64,000 bases of DNA. It comes from Curvularia clavata (lineage: Eukaryota). The DNA is taken from the NCBI GenBank assembly GCA_023920165.1, contig CP089274.1, positions 1,302,001 to 1,366,000 on the forward strand, read 5' to 3'. The translations under genes and the position numbers were made by a program. Below the pieces are notes generated by a model. It was not told where the DNA came from, ran no database searches, and saw only the letters and a program-made list of their open reading frames with translations. This document shows positions 48,984 to 64,000 of this stretch, piece after piece; within the stretch, counting starts at the first letter, position 1; every line of letters begins with the position of its first letter.

Positions 48984-50631
48984 TTAGTAGAAAGCATCCG
49001 GGTTGTTGTCAGGCCCACGGTTGCCATTGTCGACATCGTCCAGACTTTTGTATTGTGATTGTCCACCGCCACGACCACGTCCTCGACCGCTATTGCGATC
49101 TCCGCGGTAACCACCACGAGCGCCTCCTCTTTGAGCATAAGATGTGTGCCTGTTGCTACCACGGCCGCGATCCCGGTTACCTCCGCGGTAGCTTCCCGGC
49201 CGGTCATCCCGGTCTTTGCGGTTTTGTCGGGAGCTATCATTGCGGCCATTATGATCTTCTCTGCGATGGGCCTTGTTAGGAAAGTAGCTCTCGTATTCGC
49301 TCTCGTTTGCCGTCTCTTCCTCAATACGTAGCATCTGCTTCTCACCTACGACACTATCAAACTCAAAAGCTTGCTCTTGGGGCACGGGATGCCAGTTGAC
49401 GATGCGGGCGGCATCTGCTGGTCGACCATTCTTGCGAATTGCCAATACAACTGTTGGAACGGGATTCTCAGAGTAGAACTTTGTGCCCTTTGGCACAGTC
49501 TCAACTCTCGCTGCCCACAACTTATTCTCGAAACAAGAAATGGCTGTCACCTTCCACCTGACCTTGGCACCTATACCACCAACCTTGTCCAGGATGCTCT
49601 TCGGGCATGGCTTTGGTGTAATCAGAATACTATTTGCAAGGTACCGGATGTCGTCTCTTGGAGCACCTGGGGGTATCGAAACCAGAGAGGTCAGCTTCTC
49701 AGTCACGTCCGCAGGAATCATGTAGCCAGTGTAGAAAACCGTCTTCTTGATCTGGTACGGTGGTGTGCCAGGGGGAACGTTTCCGGACTTGACTTGTATG
49801 TTATGCGTGTTGATCATCTTTTGGATCTCGGCAATCTCAGACACAGGGTCGAGTGATGTGGCATTCTCCGGGACCTGAATGACCTCTGTGGTAATGGGTA
49901 GACGGGACGCTTGAGTTGACGCCCTGATCAAGTCCTCGTTGAACTGGAAGAAGAAGTCGCGAAAGCCTTTGGTGTGCTTCACTCGGTCCTCGTAAATGTG
50001 CAACTTCTCGGCGTTCTTGTATGTGTACACGACATCCTTGAGCAGCTCTTGTTTGAACTCCATTGTGTTCTTGAACTTCTGTCCTGCAGGGCCAATCGCG
50101 GGCTTCAGGCAAACCATGTCGAACTCAAGGCGCCTGCTCCGGATGATGCGTTTGACAAGATCGGCGAAGTTGGACTCTGACCGGCCAGTCAACAGGATAC
50201 TCAGCGCATCCTTTTGCGCCATTGACGATTCGACGAGCTCGACAATCTGTTCGTTCCACCAGCCTTGCCATGCGCGTGCCTCTTCCTTTTCGAGGCCTTC
50301 TCCTGTCGCCGCCAGGATGTTCGAATCGTGCCACCAGCCTCCGTTGAGGAACATGTCCGGCGAACCAAGCTGGCCAATGGTGGCACTGTTCCATAGCTGC
50401 TTGTTCGGAAGAGGACTCGCGAATACTGCTGTCGTGTTAGCGCTGGGCTTGCGACCTGACTGTGATAAACGTACGGGTGTTGTCGAAGTCGTAGACGTGG
50501 ATCGCCTTGATTGCCGACACGGCAGGAAGCTCCTTGTCGTCGCATGACCACCTCTTGAGCGCCGTCACAGTGTGGTATGTTGCTTTACCATTTGGCCCGG
50601 CCACGGCAGGCCTGGTCGCGGTTGCTAGCAT
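48984..50631 (-). CDS. HAD-family 'Swiss Army Knife' RNA-repair-like protein with RGG tail (2 exons)
   Basis: HVYDFDNT/LFASPLPN (HAD motif I), LLTGR (II), K, IYEDR (IV); RGG-rich C-terminus. Confidence 0.82.
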
Positions 50632-50902
50632 GGTTGGAAATGAGCGTCTGAAAGAAGTCGAAACTATGCGCCGGGTAGCAGAGAATAGCATCCAGGAGTC
50701 ACACTAGACAGCAGCCGGTGCTGGGCGATTCGGAACCTGCCACACGTCTCTGTACACGTGCAGCGAACGTCGAGGTGGATGGCGGAGTTACGGGCGAAGT
50801 GTTGGAGGGAAGTCGCGACTACTTTTGGTTGGCCCAAGCGCACTTCAGTGAGCTCATCGGAGCCGTGGGTCTGGCTCTGCACTCCCGCAACACCACAAGC
50901 GC

Positions 50903-51769
50903 ATGCCAGCAAGTACGGCCGGATCCGCGCACGACGACAGAGAAGACACATGCGTGATATGTCTTTCCTCGGTTACAGAGAGAGCCATCACTGTACCATG
51001 CAACCACTACACGTTTGACTTTGTATGTCTCGTGTCATGGTTGCAGGAAAGGTCGACTTGTCCGCTATGTAGGATGCATTTCAATTGAACGCACCGACTC
51101 TTTCTGATTCAAAATCCAGGCAAATCGGACGTCACTGCCGTTCAGTATGACTGGCGCTCGCCATCTGACTACAAAAGCTACACGGTTCCTCGTAGCCAGT
51201 CTTCTGGTCATAGGGATGGGACCCATAGTCGGACTGACCGACCAGGCTCCCTCTTCGCCCCTTATGGACTACCGAGGAGGCCGAGGGGTACCCGTCGCCC
51301 GTACTCTCCACCTGTTGAAGATCCCGCTCTGCGCAGACGAAGGGAGGTTTACCGCAGGAAACTGTACTCTCTCCACATGGGCAGCAATCCCTTCTCTGGA
51401 TACCGCGACATCACTCCTGCCATGGTCGCGAACGACCCTGCCCTGCAATCCAAGGCACGCACCTGGATTCGGCGTGAGCTCCGCGTGTTTTCCTTCCTGC
51501 AAACAAGTCCTGTTGGCTCATCGTCCTCTGATTCAGTAGCGACCAGTACCAACGCCGAGTTTTTGTTATCCTATATTGTGTCCATCCTGAAAATGGTGGA
51601 TTTGAAAGCAAGTCATGGGCACGCGGAGAACTTGGTGACTGAGTTCCTCGGCAGGGAAAATAGCAGGCTCTTCCTACATGAGTTAAATGCATGGTTGAGA
51701 AGTCCATATTTCAAAGTGGAAGACTGGGATCAAGCAGTCGAGTATATGGAAGACTTAGAGACAGAATAG
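50903..51769 (+). CDS. RING finger E3 ligase, Topors-like (2 exons)
   Basis: CVIC...PCNH.TFDFVC...W.....CPLC; C-terminal WIRRELRVF and FLG....LFLHEL.AWLRSPY. Confidence 0.85.
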
Positions 51770-51895
51770 ACTGCAAGTCGTACTTTAAAACTAGATGCTG
51801 TCACTTGTGAGCTAATATTATATATTTGGTGTAAAAGTGGCTTTATCTGGCTGTCAAATTTGTGTACAGGATCCGCTCTGGATCCTGCTGATTAC

Positions 51896-53113
51896 TTATT
51901 TGGAGTCCGCAGGTGGGAGCATGACAACATACTCCCTCTCGCTTGCGCCAAACGTGATTATGTCCTTGTCCCTAAGCTCATAGTATCGACTTGCTTCGAG
52001 TTCCTCCCCATTCAGTTCTGTACCATTACTACTTTCCAAATCGATGATATAAGGTTTGACCTTTCCCCGCGTGCTCTTTACTCCAAACTCGTCTTCAACC
52101 GTCTTCTGAATATACCGGAACTGGATGACGGCATGTTGCCCACTTGAACTAGGGTGCTCTAGAACATAGTCGACAACTTCACGCGCCCGACCCAAGAGCC
52201 AGCAGCTCTTTTGCCAGAGCTCAATTGTGTCTGCTACATCATCCCCTTTGAAGACAAAGATGCGCCATGGCTGCGATGCAGGCGGTTTTCGCGCCTCGGC
52301 AGGTTCGTGGTACTTGAGGGAAATCTTTGTGCCTTCTACGCGGTTGGCAGCTTTCGCCAGTGCACCACTGGGTTTGAAGTTAGGCTTCTCTTTTTCGGTT
52401 GGTGCACCACCATATTTTGACGGTGGTTGAGCAGAGTCGTCAAGTCCGCGGAAGGAGACCTCCTGGGAAGGCAGCGGCTGCTTTTCACGCTTGCGCTGAA
52501 GGGGTGAACGCGACCGGGACTTGGAATGTGTGCGGCGGCGGCGTTTCGGTGGGGGCGAAGTCGACGTGGACAACGAGCGACTGCGCGGTTTTCGAGAACG
52601 GTGGGGTATGGGCGAACGAGAGCGAGAACGCGAATGCAGTCGGTCCTCGGCCTTGTTCTTGCGTTGTCGGTCCTTGTCCCTGGAGCGTGACCGGTTTCGC
52701 TGCCTGTATCTGTCTCGAGAGCGACTACGCCGCCTGTGCCTCGAGTTGTCTCTCTTCCTATCTCCAGACCTGTTGCGCCTCTTCTCTCGCCGCCTATCCT
52801 TTGATCGGTCTCTGTTGCGCTCCCTTGATGTGTCGCGCCTCCTCTCTCTGGACCTGGACGAGTTGCGCGGCTTTCTGTAAGGTTCAGGCGAAGGCTCCTG
52901 TCTAGAAACAGCACCTGACTTTACTGTTGGGCTCCTGGGGGTGCGATCTTTGGACGCATTTCTCGGCTTCTCGGCTCTGGAACTGCTCCTTGAAGGGCGG
53001 CCCGATGGGCTTGCATTCCTGCTGCCTTCTGGCTGTGGCGACGCTGCCTTGCCCTCTTCCAACTGTTCGGTTAACAATCGCCGCGCGCTGTATGGCGACA
53101 GGTCTCTGGTCAT
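51896..53113 (-). CDS. SNIP1/Pml1-like FHA protein (RES complex) with RS-rich N-terminus
   Basis: KPNFKPSGAL, LKYHEPAEAR, LLGR, HPSSSGQHAVIQFR, PYIIDLESSNGT. Confidence 0.92.
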   Translation of the reverse strand: MTRDLSPYSARRLLTEQLEEGKAASPQPEGSRNASPSGRPSRSSSRAEKPRNASKDRTPRSPTVKSGAVSRQEPSPEPYRKPRNSSRSRERRRDTSRERNRDRSKDRRREKRRNRSGDRKRDNSRHRRRSRSRDRYRQRNRSRSRDKDRQRKNKAEDRLHSRSRSRSPIPHRSRKPRSRSLSTSTSPPPKRRRRTHSKSRSRSPLQRKREKQPLPSQEVSFRGLDDSAQPPSKYGGAPTEKEKPNFKPSGALAKAANRVEGTKISLKYHEPAEARKPPASQPWRIFVFKGDDVADTIELWQKSCWLLGRAREVVDYVLEHPSSSGQHAVIQFRYIQKTVEDEFGVKSTRGKVKPYIIDLESSNGTELNGEELEASRYYELRDKDIITFGASEREYVVMLPPADSK

Positions 53114-53819
53114 GTCGGGGCCGATTGCTGACTGCGGTTCAGCGGCGCAGCGTGGAAGCCAGAGCGAGATGACGTGTGCGAGTGTTTTTTTTCGCTACTC
53201 AGTCAGTATATGCAGCAACCAGGTCTTCAGGGCCAGGCGACACGAATTGCGGTTATTACGTGGCTAGAAAATTAGGCCGCAGAGAGCAGATTGTACAAGG
53301 TTGTGTTGATAGTACTACAAGAGTTGCGACCAGGACGCGGTAGCGTGAAAACAAGTCAAGCTAAGCAGTCGCGACTTCCCCACACATATTAGCGACAACG
53401 GGCCGAGCTGGCTGCATCTCGTCACGCCAGTCACACGCTGTGCCAGCCACGTGCATACTTTCTTGCTCTCTCCTCCATTCGCTCAAGGCGGCTATTCTCT
53501 GTCCAAGCAAAATTTCGCCCCATCTCTGGCTCATTTGTGCCCCTTGGATCCCTGTAATTATGATGTCGTGCCCTCTCGAGGTACGGCATAGCTCGTATCT
53601 CGCCCCTTCAAGGCACGGCTCAAGTCAAAATGGAAAAGCAGATACCTTGCAGATGAAGTCTTATAAGCGACACCTACTTGTCTTGATGTTATGCTCTTTT
53701 TATAATTCTCATGTGTATATCGTTCCCTCTCGTATATACAGCACACTGCTCGAGTGTGTCATGTCCTCTTTATCTGTGTCCATATCATCTGCGTATCTAC
53801 AGACCTCTAGGCCGGTACA

Positions 53820-56800
53820 ATGCTATCCAAGCCACTTCTTCCTTGGTCCAAACGTCAGTCTGGGTCTGAGACTTCTCCTCGAACGGCTGGACTACTCCCT
53901 ACCCTGAAACATCGAGCATCTAGACTTGTCCTTTTACCATCTGACGACAAGCATAATACATCCAGTCCAGTCACCACACATTACGACACAGCCCTGGCCA
54001 ATGCAGTTGGCAACCTCCATATAGCTGTCAATCACATGCTAAGCTCACGACCGTCTTCTGTGCGTGGATCTCTTAGCAGGCCACAGTCTAGCTTAGCACC
54101 TTTGGAAGTAGAATTGCCTGCAGACTTTCCTAGCTCAGCCCTATTTAAAGATGGAAGTCAATCCTCATGCTCTGCTCCTGTGTTCGCAACACCAACTGTC
54201 AAAATCGCCCATAATGAGGGCCAACAGCCGAGAATGCAGCTAGACTACGAAGCTGCTCTGACTGCATCAGATCCGAGTGCGCCCATACCGGTCTTCACCA
54301 GGAGCATTCTGGCAAGGGGCTCGTCGTACAGTTTGAGGGAGAAAAGTCACACCAACAATGTACCAATTGCGAATGACACAGCTCAGTCTGGAATGCCAAA
54401 GGCAAAGCGGAATAGCTCCTTCACTGCTGCCTCGATGTTGAGGAGACGCCTAGATTCCGATGCGATGGGATCGCTTGCGTTTGTTATGCGGAATGACTTT
54501 ATTAAAAGCGGTAGCAAAGGTTCGGACCGCGAGGCTGAGATGCCCAAAGACTACAAAGAAACAGTGAGTTCATTTCTACCCCATCATGTCCATTGGATAA
54601 ACAAGAGCATCACACTGTGATGTATCTTCAGAACCTTTGTATACAATTTCCACCAGTCTTGGGAAGCTTCTCTCGTTAAGCTCTTCTAGACATGGCGATT
54701 GATACCCAAAACATGCTGACAGCTTGCAGACAGCTTCTGAACCTAGCCCCATAGCAGCACACAGTGAACATGCCCACAAATCGGAATCAAACAATACTCG
54801 CCAAAAATATGCCATATCAACATCGAAGGCTCGTTTCGAAGGTTCAAGGGAAGCCTACGTATCTCATTCCAACGTTCTCAAACGTCGGCATTCTGTGCAA
54901 GTCGCTTCCTTTGAAACCCATGCACGACTGCACAAGGGACGAACGAATAAGTATCGTCTTCGAAAAAGTAAGTAGAACTTTATTGTGTTATTGCAGCATT
55001 GTTCTTTAGAGTCGACGTATCCATCCCATTCCATGAAGATGGTAAATATGGATTCTTCGCCCTGCGTATTCGGCCTACTATGCAATAGAACTGATCATAC
55101 ACAGGAGCAAGCAGTGGTTGGTTGGCTGGAATCCATTCAGACGGCTCACCACACACCCACACACGTGATAGTGATAAGAAGCCAGCAGAAATGGAACTGG
55201 CAACCCTAAATGCATGTTCTCGCTACGAGCCGGCTGGCCAGCAACGATTACTTCGACAGCCGCCAGTCAGCCCTCAAACAGCAAGTAGCCCTGCATGAAC
55301 GTGTAGATTAATATATGTGCTGAAACTGGGAAACTAGGAAAACTTGACACGTAAGCCTCTCGAAACTCCGGGACTGGAATCGACAACTCACTGCATCCTG
55401 TCCGAGCCCGGTGTATATGCACAAGACAGAACTGCACTTCAAAAGCAGATTGATTTGCTCACAGCAAAATTAAGCAACTCGAATAAGAACGAACAAAATC
55501 TCAGAAATACGCTCGCTATGGCAAAAAGGGAAAACACGGATAAGGCAATGCACGCTGAGAAGCTTGCAGAAAAGATACAAGCCCTACACAACACCATCAC
55601 ACATCTTGAGGACCGCCTTGAAGCTTCCAATATGAACCGATTAGATGCCGAAGAACAGCTCTTGACCTGGAGAGACCAAAAGTCAACATTTGACCTTATA
55701 TGTCCACGGCATCCTGCTTCAGTGGATATGAATCAGGTAGCTCTGGATATCCAAAATGACGGTGGCACTCGTATAAATCCTCCAAACCATGTCAATTGTG
55801 TTTCAAGAGTCAGTTGCTCAGAGGAGACTGCCCCAGCTCAACCTGTTGCTCGCATAGAGGACCTACAGACTCAAGCCAAGAAGAAGGATGCATGTATTGC
55901 TGAGTTGGAGACAAGATTGGAACAGCTGCAAGAAAAGCACAGTCAACTTCAGCATGAGCACGAGAGAGTCGTGGTTCAATTGGATCTTCAACATGAGCTT
56001 CTCAGAGAAACACGAGCAAGTGATAAAGTTATGGAACAGCTCCGGATTGCGGTGATCAACCATGAATCCATGATTATTGAAAAAGAGCAAACTATCTATG
56101 CGCTGAGGAGGCAACTAGAGCATCATAAGCTCTTGCTGCAAGCTGAGATCCGACGGCACGCGGCAATGAAACTTTATGTTGCTGCAGAAGAACATCCTAT
56201 GCCGGAGCTCACATCGTTCGCTAAGATAGAAGATGTCGACTGTTGGATGGAAAAGCTTCACGAGCGCTTGAGGAGAGAGCAGTCGAAAAACGAAAGCGAA
56301 GCTGTTGCCGATACACCTGAAGCAAAGATTGAAAGCTTGCGTCATGAAATTGACTTCTACATCAGCGAGATCATTCTATTCAAACTTGATATCAGGGGAT
56401 ATAGAGGCGACATTCGCAAATTGAAGGAGATGATTGCGTACCGAGGTAGCTCCCAAAACCCGACTAACATCGAACCGAGACCTTCGTCTAGCGGGACGGT
56501 GGCCTCGTCTGCTGATTCTAGTTTTGCACCTACCACACCTGAGCTGGATGCCTTCCTCGATGCCTCCCCAATCATAGGTCAGGTTGATACCGTATCACGA
56601 TCAGAAGTGTGTTCCATTACTCCATCGTCGTCAACCTCGTTATCTAAAAGGCAGGTTGGAACAATAAGTGATCAGTTGCTTGATCTAGAGAGAGGTCAAG
56701 ACTTCCGAAACTCGAAATGCAATCACACTTTGCCAAGTCAGGTTGATTGCATTGAGTCAGCTTAACATCTTCGAATGCACTCCAGGGGTCAAAGTACCGA

Positions 56801-57230
56801 ATAATGTCGGTATGTACGCATTGAATGGGCTTTGGTCGATCTTCTGACTTTTATTTAGTGTAGCTTGAGTCACTTCAATCAGCGTAGTATGAGCGCACCT
56901 CCCCTACAGCTTCACCAACGGGCCGATGCACTCGATAGACCTACAACAGGGGGAAGAGGCACAACATTGAAGGCCAAATGGGAAGTAGCGTCTTATATAA
57001 CCACATCAAATGCGTCCAAGCCGCCTCTGAATCTACAACTTGATTCATCAAAATTAATAGACGGCCCCAACTCGAGCGAAGAGGTAGCACCAACATTATC
57101 GGCCTCCTGCGAAAGGCCAGCAGCCTATATAGCATCACCGTTGCCTGTCGAATCACAGTCAGAAACCGATTCTGTCCTCTCGACTGCAAGTGACTACCTT
57201 GCGCAATCTGCGCTCCTATCCGATGGCTAG
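53820..57230 (+). CDS. Hypothetical multi-exon coiled-coil protein; model uncertain, possibly disrupted
   Basis: Long ORFs 53820-54562 and 55344-56765 with heptad-rich sequence; the 54563-54729 intron splices in frame, but other junctions are not cleanly resolved. Confidence 0.5.
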
Positions 57231-58312
57231 GTGTGTCAGTCATGGCAGCTGACGAGTCGCCACGAAAACCAGCACATATGACACTGCCCACTCCCGCGGA
57301 CTCACCAGCTTCATATACCCAATCATCGAGAAAACAAGTGCTTCTGAAAGCCAAAGCACCCCGAAACTCACCACCAATACTCACGGCGTCGGATGTCGAA
57401 GTTGGTCTCCTGTCTAAGCAAGAGCAAAGCCGGTATCCAAGCTTACATAGCATGCTGTCTTACTTGCGCTTTGTCTGCGCAAGTAGCATCTATTCGGCGA
57501 CAGTTGCCAAAAACCAATGGCGGGAATAAAGGGCGAGGTATCTATGCACCCAGGAAAGATGCGATTAGCATAAAAGCGTTACAAGATAGTCCACTTACCC
57601 TGAAAAACCCCATGATGGAAAAGGTGCGCGAGATAATTACAGAGACAGATGGTTTCTTGCCTAGAATCTGTTCAATGGCAACATGAGCTGTTCTTCGCGG
57701 TGGTATGACGCCAACAGCTCAGGGGTTGACTTTTCTTTTGTTTATTCTCACACAGAATGGTCACAGTTGACATGTCATGTACTATATGTCACTTTATTTA
57801 TATAACTTGCAGAATGTTTTGCTAACTGGCAGCGATAACATTTGGACGCGTCACTGCCAGGAGGGATTGAGATCAGGATCGTTATATGGCGCAGCCCAGT
57901 TCCGCTTAGCGTACCGTATATAACGACGCTTGTCTCGCCACTTCAGCTCAGCCGCTTTCTTGCTCAGCAACGATCCACTGGTTGGAATAATTCTCAAAGG
58001 GTATATGGACTTTTATCGTAGCACTTAACGATATGTGAAATATAATGTGACATCGTGGCTCGTTTTATGCCATAGGAGAGCAGGCCAACCAGCAGCCAGG
58101 CGTTGACATATCTTGCGGCAAAGCCGATGCTGGCAGGGATGCTGGCCTTGCCGCCTTGCCGCCTTGGCAGGGACATGCATCCAAAGGCGATCATCGCTTT
58201 CCCCACAGTTCGTGTAAGACGTAGTCAGCGTCTTGACGCGTTCCTCCCACTCTTAATCCTTTCCCTCTTTTCCCTTTATCCTTTTTGATCTTTTTAGTAA
58301 TTTTAATACAGC

Positions 58313-60211
<1,899 letters not shown>

Positions 60212-60552
60212 GAGTTACTTCCTTGAAAAATTTAGATTTCCTCTTCGCTTTTCTTTCTTCATGGATACTAGTCGTGACAGGTAGCAAAGTGATGAATAAT
60301 ATGCCTCCCTGAAATTCATGTACGCATTCCTGTAGATTTGAATCATGGACGAAAAAGCTAGACGTATCGATGAATGCTAACATTGTATGAATCTGTATAG
60401 CCGCTACTAAACCAAAATCTAAACGCCAATGCAAACGAGTCTTCTTTCCAAAGAAAAGCAGCAAACAAAAGCCTGCCTAAACCAGGGTATACATGTCTAC
60501 ACACCTGAGATGATTGCATAAATGTTCCAAGCACAAGTTACAATAATCTTCT

Positions 60553-61712
60553 CTACTTGACCAACACCGGTGCGGCCTTGGCCGCCTTCTCGGCAGCCAA
60601 GTCTGCGAGTTTCTGCAGCTTTTCTGCGCGGACCTGTCGGAAGTAGCGGAACAGCAGGATGAAGGAAAGCTCGATGCGCTCTTTTGTCATCATGAGGAAG
60701 CCCTGGACGAGCAGGCCCTTGAGAATCTGGGGGCCAATACCCTTGAAAAGGGCCATGGGGCCTTCGTGCTGGATAATGTACTGCATGACCTCTGTGAAGG
60801 ACTTGAAAGGCTTGCCGTTTCTGGATGGCGGGGGCTTAGATTGCAGGCCGACTTTGGCGACGATGAGAGGTTGTGTTGCGATGGTGGCGAGCATCTTGGA
60901 AAGAGAGCCGAGGACTGTTTGTGTGTGTGTGTTAGACTTGTTTTCATTCGAACTTTTTTTTGGAAGAAAAAACAAGGCTTGTGTCAAGACAACTTACGGA
61001 ATGCCTCCATAGGCTTCAGGTTCTTCTTTCCTGGGTATAAGATCTCGCGCAGACGTTGGTATGCGCCGTAGGTAATGGAGGGGTTCACAACCAGGACCAA
61101 ACTCGCCCTCAGTCCTCGCCAGAGTCCAGTCCAGCCATCCTCGCCGTTGACGACGTCCATGGCAGTAGCAATCATGCCCTTGCGCTCTGCCTTGCTCATC
61201 GTCTGCTGCCTCGTTGTCACTACCGCCACGGGGATGGTGAACAACTGGGCTAGGGCACCGGCTACGGCACCAAGAGAGAGCTCGACCGCCGTGCCAGGCG
61301 ACGTTTGCAGTGTCCGGTTGGCCATGTACAGAGTCCGCACAATGGTGTACCAGTAGAAGTAGGCAAAGTTGGTCGAGGCCACGCCGAGCAGCGCGCCCCC
61401 CATGCCAGCATATAGACCAGACAAACCCTCCTGGGCATATACTTTACGTATCGCGTCGAGCGCACTATCATAGTGTTCCTCGTCGGCGGGGTTGGTACCG
61501 GTAGCGTTGGGGGAGCGCTTGACTTGGACTTGTAACCGCGTCTTGATCCTGGGGTGGGTTAGTATCTGCAACAAGACAGCACGAGGGCACATTGGTGGTG
61601 AGACGCACAAGTCCAATGGGTAGACCAGAGTATTAGCAATGACTGCGCCAGCAGCACCGGCAACAGCATTCCCCCATGGCGGCAGGGTCTCTACTTTGGA
61701 TTGCCCGGCCAT
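60553..61712 (-). CDS. ANT1: Peroxisomal adenine nucleotide carrier (3 exons)
   Basis: Carrier signature YPLDLIKTRLQ; STNFAYFYWY, VVTTRQQT, LVLVVNPSITYG, PQILKGLLVQG. Confidence 0.88.
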
Positions 61713-62416
61713 GGTAGCAGTTGTTGTAGAAAGCGGTAACTAAAGAGCGGACTCGGGTGCTGCAATGCGATGACGAGCGAAGGACGCAACCGGTTATGGG
61801 CGACGACTGTATGGTAGGAGTACAGTTGGTGCTATCTCATGGAGAACAGCCAACCGAGGATTCAAGATAGCAGCATGGGCGGTTTAGGAAAAAGCGGGCA
61901 GGGGAGGTTGATGATTGTCGCTCCGCAACGTGATAGCGCGGTCGCATGCATGGCTGACCTCTCCCGAGGTTCCAAAGGCCGAGGTTCAGGCTCGGACAGA
62001 TGACGACACACGATAGGCTTTCACCGTGACCACGAGCGGGCCCACAGAAGACCATGACCGTCGCTTTTGTTGGTGAGGCCGATGTCGTCCGGAGGTGAAT
62101 GAGAAGTAGAGGTTGGCCAGCCCATGCGGCCATGGCAATTGTATTGTTTGCTTGTCTCTGGCGGACATGACATGGCAATCGCGACGTGTTTGGGCAGGAG
62201 CGTGCGACACGCTACTATTGGTGAACCCTGCGCCGCCTCCAAACTGCTTACAATATACATACCACATACATACATGCAACACGACAACGCCATTGCCTTT
62301 TCTGGCTCCACTCTCAACCCAGACTCTTGTGCCATGACCAAGCACCGGTAGCACCTTAGTCTACATGCCGTACTAGTCCATTCGCCCTCCCGTTGCGCCG
62401 TCTCGTTTCCGTCGTC

Positions 62417-64000
62417 ATGGCTGACCAGACCGCTCAGCTTGAGGCTTGCAAAGCTGCTGCAAGCAATTACCGCTCTCAGGTGAACACGGCAGCCACCAAA
62501 CATGAGGCTCTCAACTTGGCCATTGGCGCAGCCGAGAAGCTCATTGAAGCACTTAAGTTGTCCTCAAGCCCAGACGAGAGGAAACAACTCAAGGCGCAGT
62601 GCGGCGAGATGATGAATGTTGCCGATCAGATCAAGAAGACTGAGACGTGGATACCTGCCAAACCACCATCGACCCCCTCCAAAGACGCGCAAACTGGCCA
62701 ATGGGCAGCACGGGGCATAGAATCTGCAGCTTCGTCATCCGAGGTTGGACATGCCACTACACGCTCGAGCTCTTCTCGTCCTGACCCTTCACCTACCCCA
62801 AACCCCCATGCACCACACCCAGATGGCCCACGTGCCAAACCCAGCAATGACATTCACACTAACCATGCAATCTCTCTGAGTGTCAGGCCTTCCCCAAGTC
62901 CCCACCTCTCTAGCAAAATTTCTCAGTCAGCATCATCTAATGCGGACGAGGCTGCTCCCTCCTCATCTCGCTCCCAGATATACAGGTTACGTGAGCCTGT
63001 TTCAACCAGAGAGTTGTCCAAGAAGGAAGAGATCATCTTGCTGAGGGCATCCGCGGTCAATGGCTTCAAGTGTCCACCCTGGACCAAGGATCCGTCTGCC
63101 GAAGAGTTTGCTCCCAATGACGGTCAGTTCACAGACAAAGGCCATCTGAGTCTTTCTCCATACCAGCAGCAATTCTTCCAGGCCTGGTTGCGTGCTCGAG
63201 AAGCCATACCGCCGCCTTCGAGCCTTCCCAACAGCAGGGACGAAGTCGGGCCATCGATGTCTAGTTCGAAACCTCTTGACCTTGTACAGGATGCGGCTTC
63301 CGACTGTTCGGTAGTGACGAGTTTATGTGCTGCCATTGCTCGTTCAGAGCGCGGACATGAACAGGTTCGTCTTCTGTACCCCCCCAACAGCCTCCATATT
63401 AACTTTGATAGATACTCACCAACAAGCTATATCCATTCGACAAACAACGTGGAACTCCCGTAACTTCATCAAACGGCAAGTACATTGTACGACTCAATTT
63501 CAACGGCTGTTGGAGGAAAGTTGTCATTGATGACCAACTGCCCGTCTCGAGCACCCACCGAATACTTCACGTCATCGACCGCCGTAACCCGGCCTTGTTG
63601 TGGCCAGCACTACTAGAGAAAGCCTATCTCAAAGTTCGCGGTGGTTACGATTTTCCCGGTAGTAACTCATGTGGCGATCTGTGGGCGCTGACTGGCTGGA
63701 TTCCCGAACAGGTCTTCCTGCAAGAGTAGGCCATATGTGTTCCTATGCTGGGTTTGGAATATACTAACGAGTTACATACAGGACAGACACGGTGCCAGAC
63801 CAGCTATGGAAGCGTATATACAACGCTTTCACGTATGGCGACGTTCTGGTTACGGCAGGTACAGGCAAAATGTCGAGCAAACAAGAGCGTGAACTTGGAC
63901 TTGAAGGCCAACACAGCTATGTAGTACTCGACTTGAAAGAGATGGAAAACGATCGGCTGTTACTTGTGAAAAATCCTTGGGTGGAAGGCAAGGGCTGGCG
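62417..64000 (+). CDS. palB: Calpain-like protease PalB/Rim13, 3'-truncated by the window edge
   Basis: DLVQDAASDCSVV (catalytic C), FNGCWRKVVIDDQLP, LWPALLEKAYLKVRGGYDFPGSNS, GQHSY, LLLVKNPW. Confidence 0.93.

Overview
Gene-dense, intron-containing chromosomal DNA of a filamentous ascomycete (Dothideomycete/Pleosporales-like is my inference from gene content and splice signals). About 22 recognisable host genes: cytosolic SHMT, RNase T2, PhiA-like wall protein, histone H1, MFS hexose transporter, FBXO21-like F-box protein, Sec14-family protein, Pom152, UCH37-like deubiquitinase, metallo-beta-lactamase-fold lactonase, NADPH oxidase NoxB, an SDR, Emg1/Nep1, a VOC-domain fusion protein, a HAD 'Swiss Army Knife'-type protein, a Topors-like RING protein, SNIP1/Pml1, a coiled-coil protein, a GH47 mannosidase, peroxisomal Ant1 and the 5' part of PalB/Rim13, plus several small orphan ORFs. 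The standout is an intact 1624-bp DNA transposon (21896-23519) with perfect 57-bp TIRs. Its transposase is IS630-Tc1-mariner type with an unusual D145D38E triad. The element has CAC...GTG ends and a 4-bp CGGC flanking duplication instead of the TA expected for that superfamily. No rRNA, tRNA or CRISPR features were recognised. All family assignments are from motif recognition by eye, not database searches.
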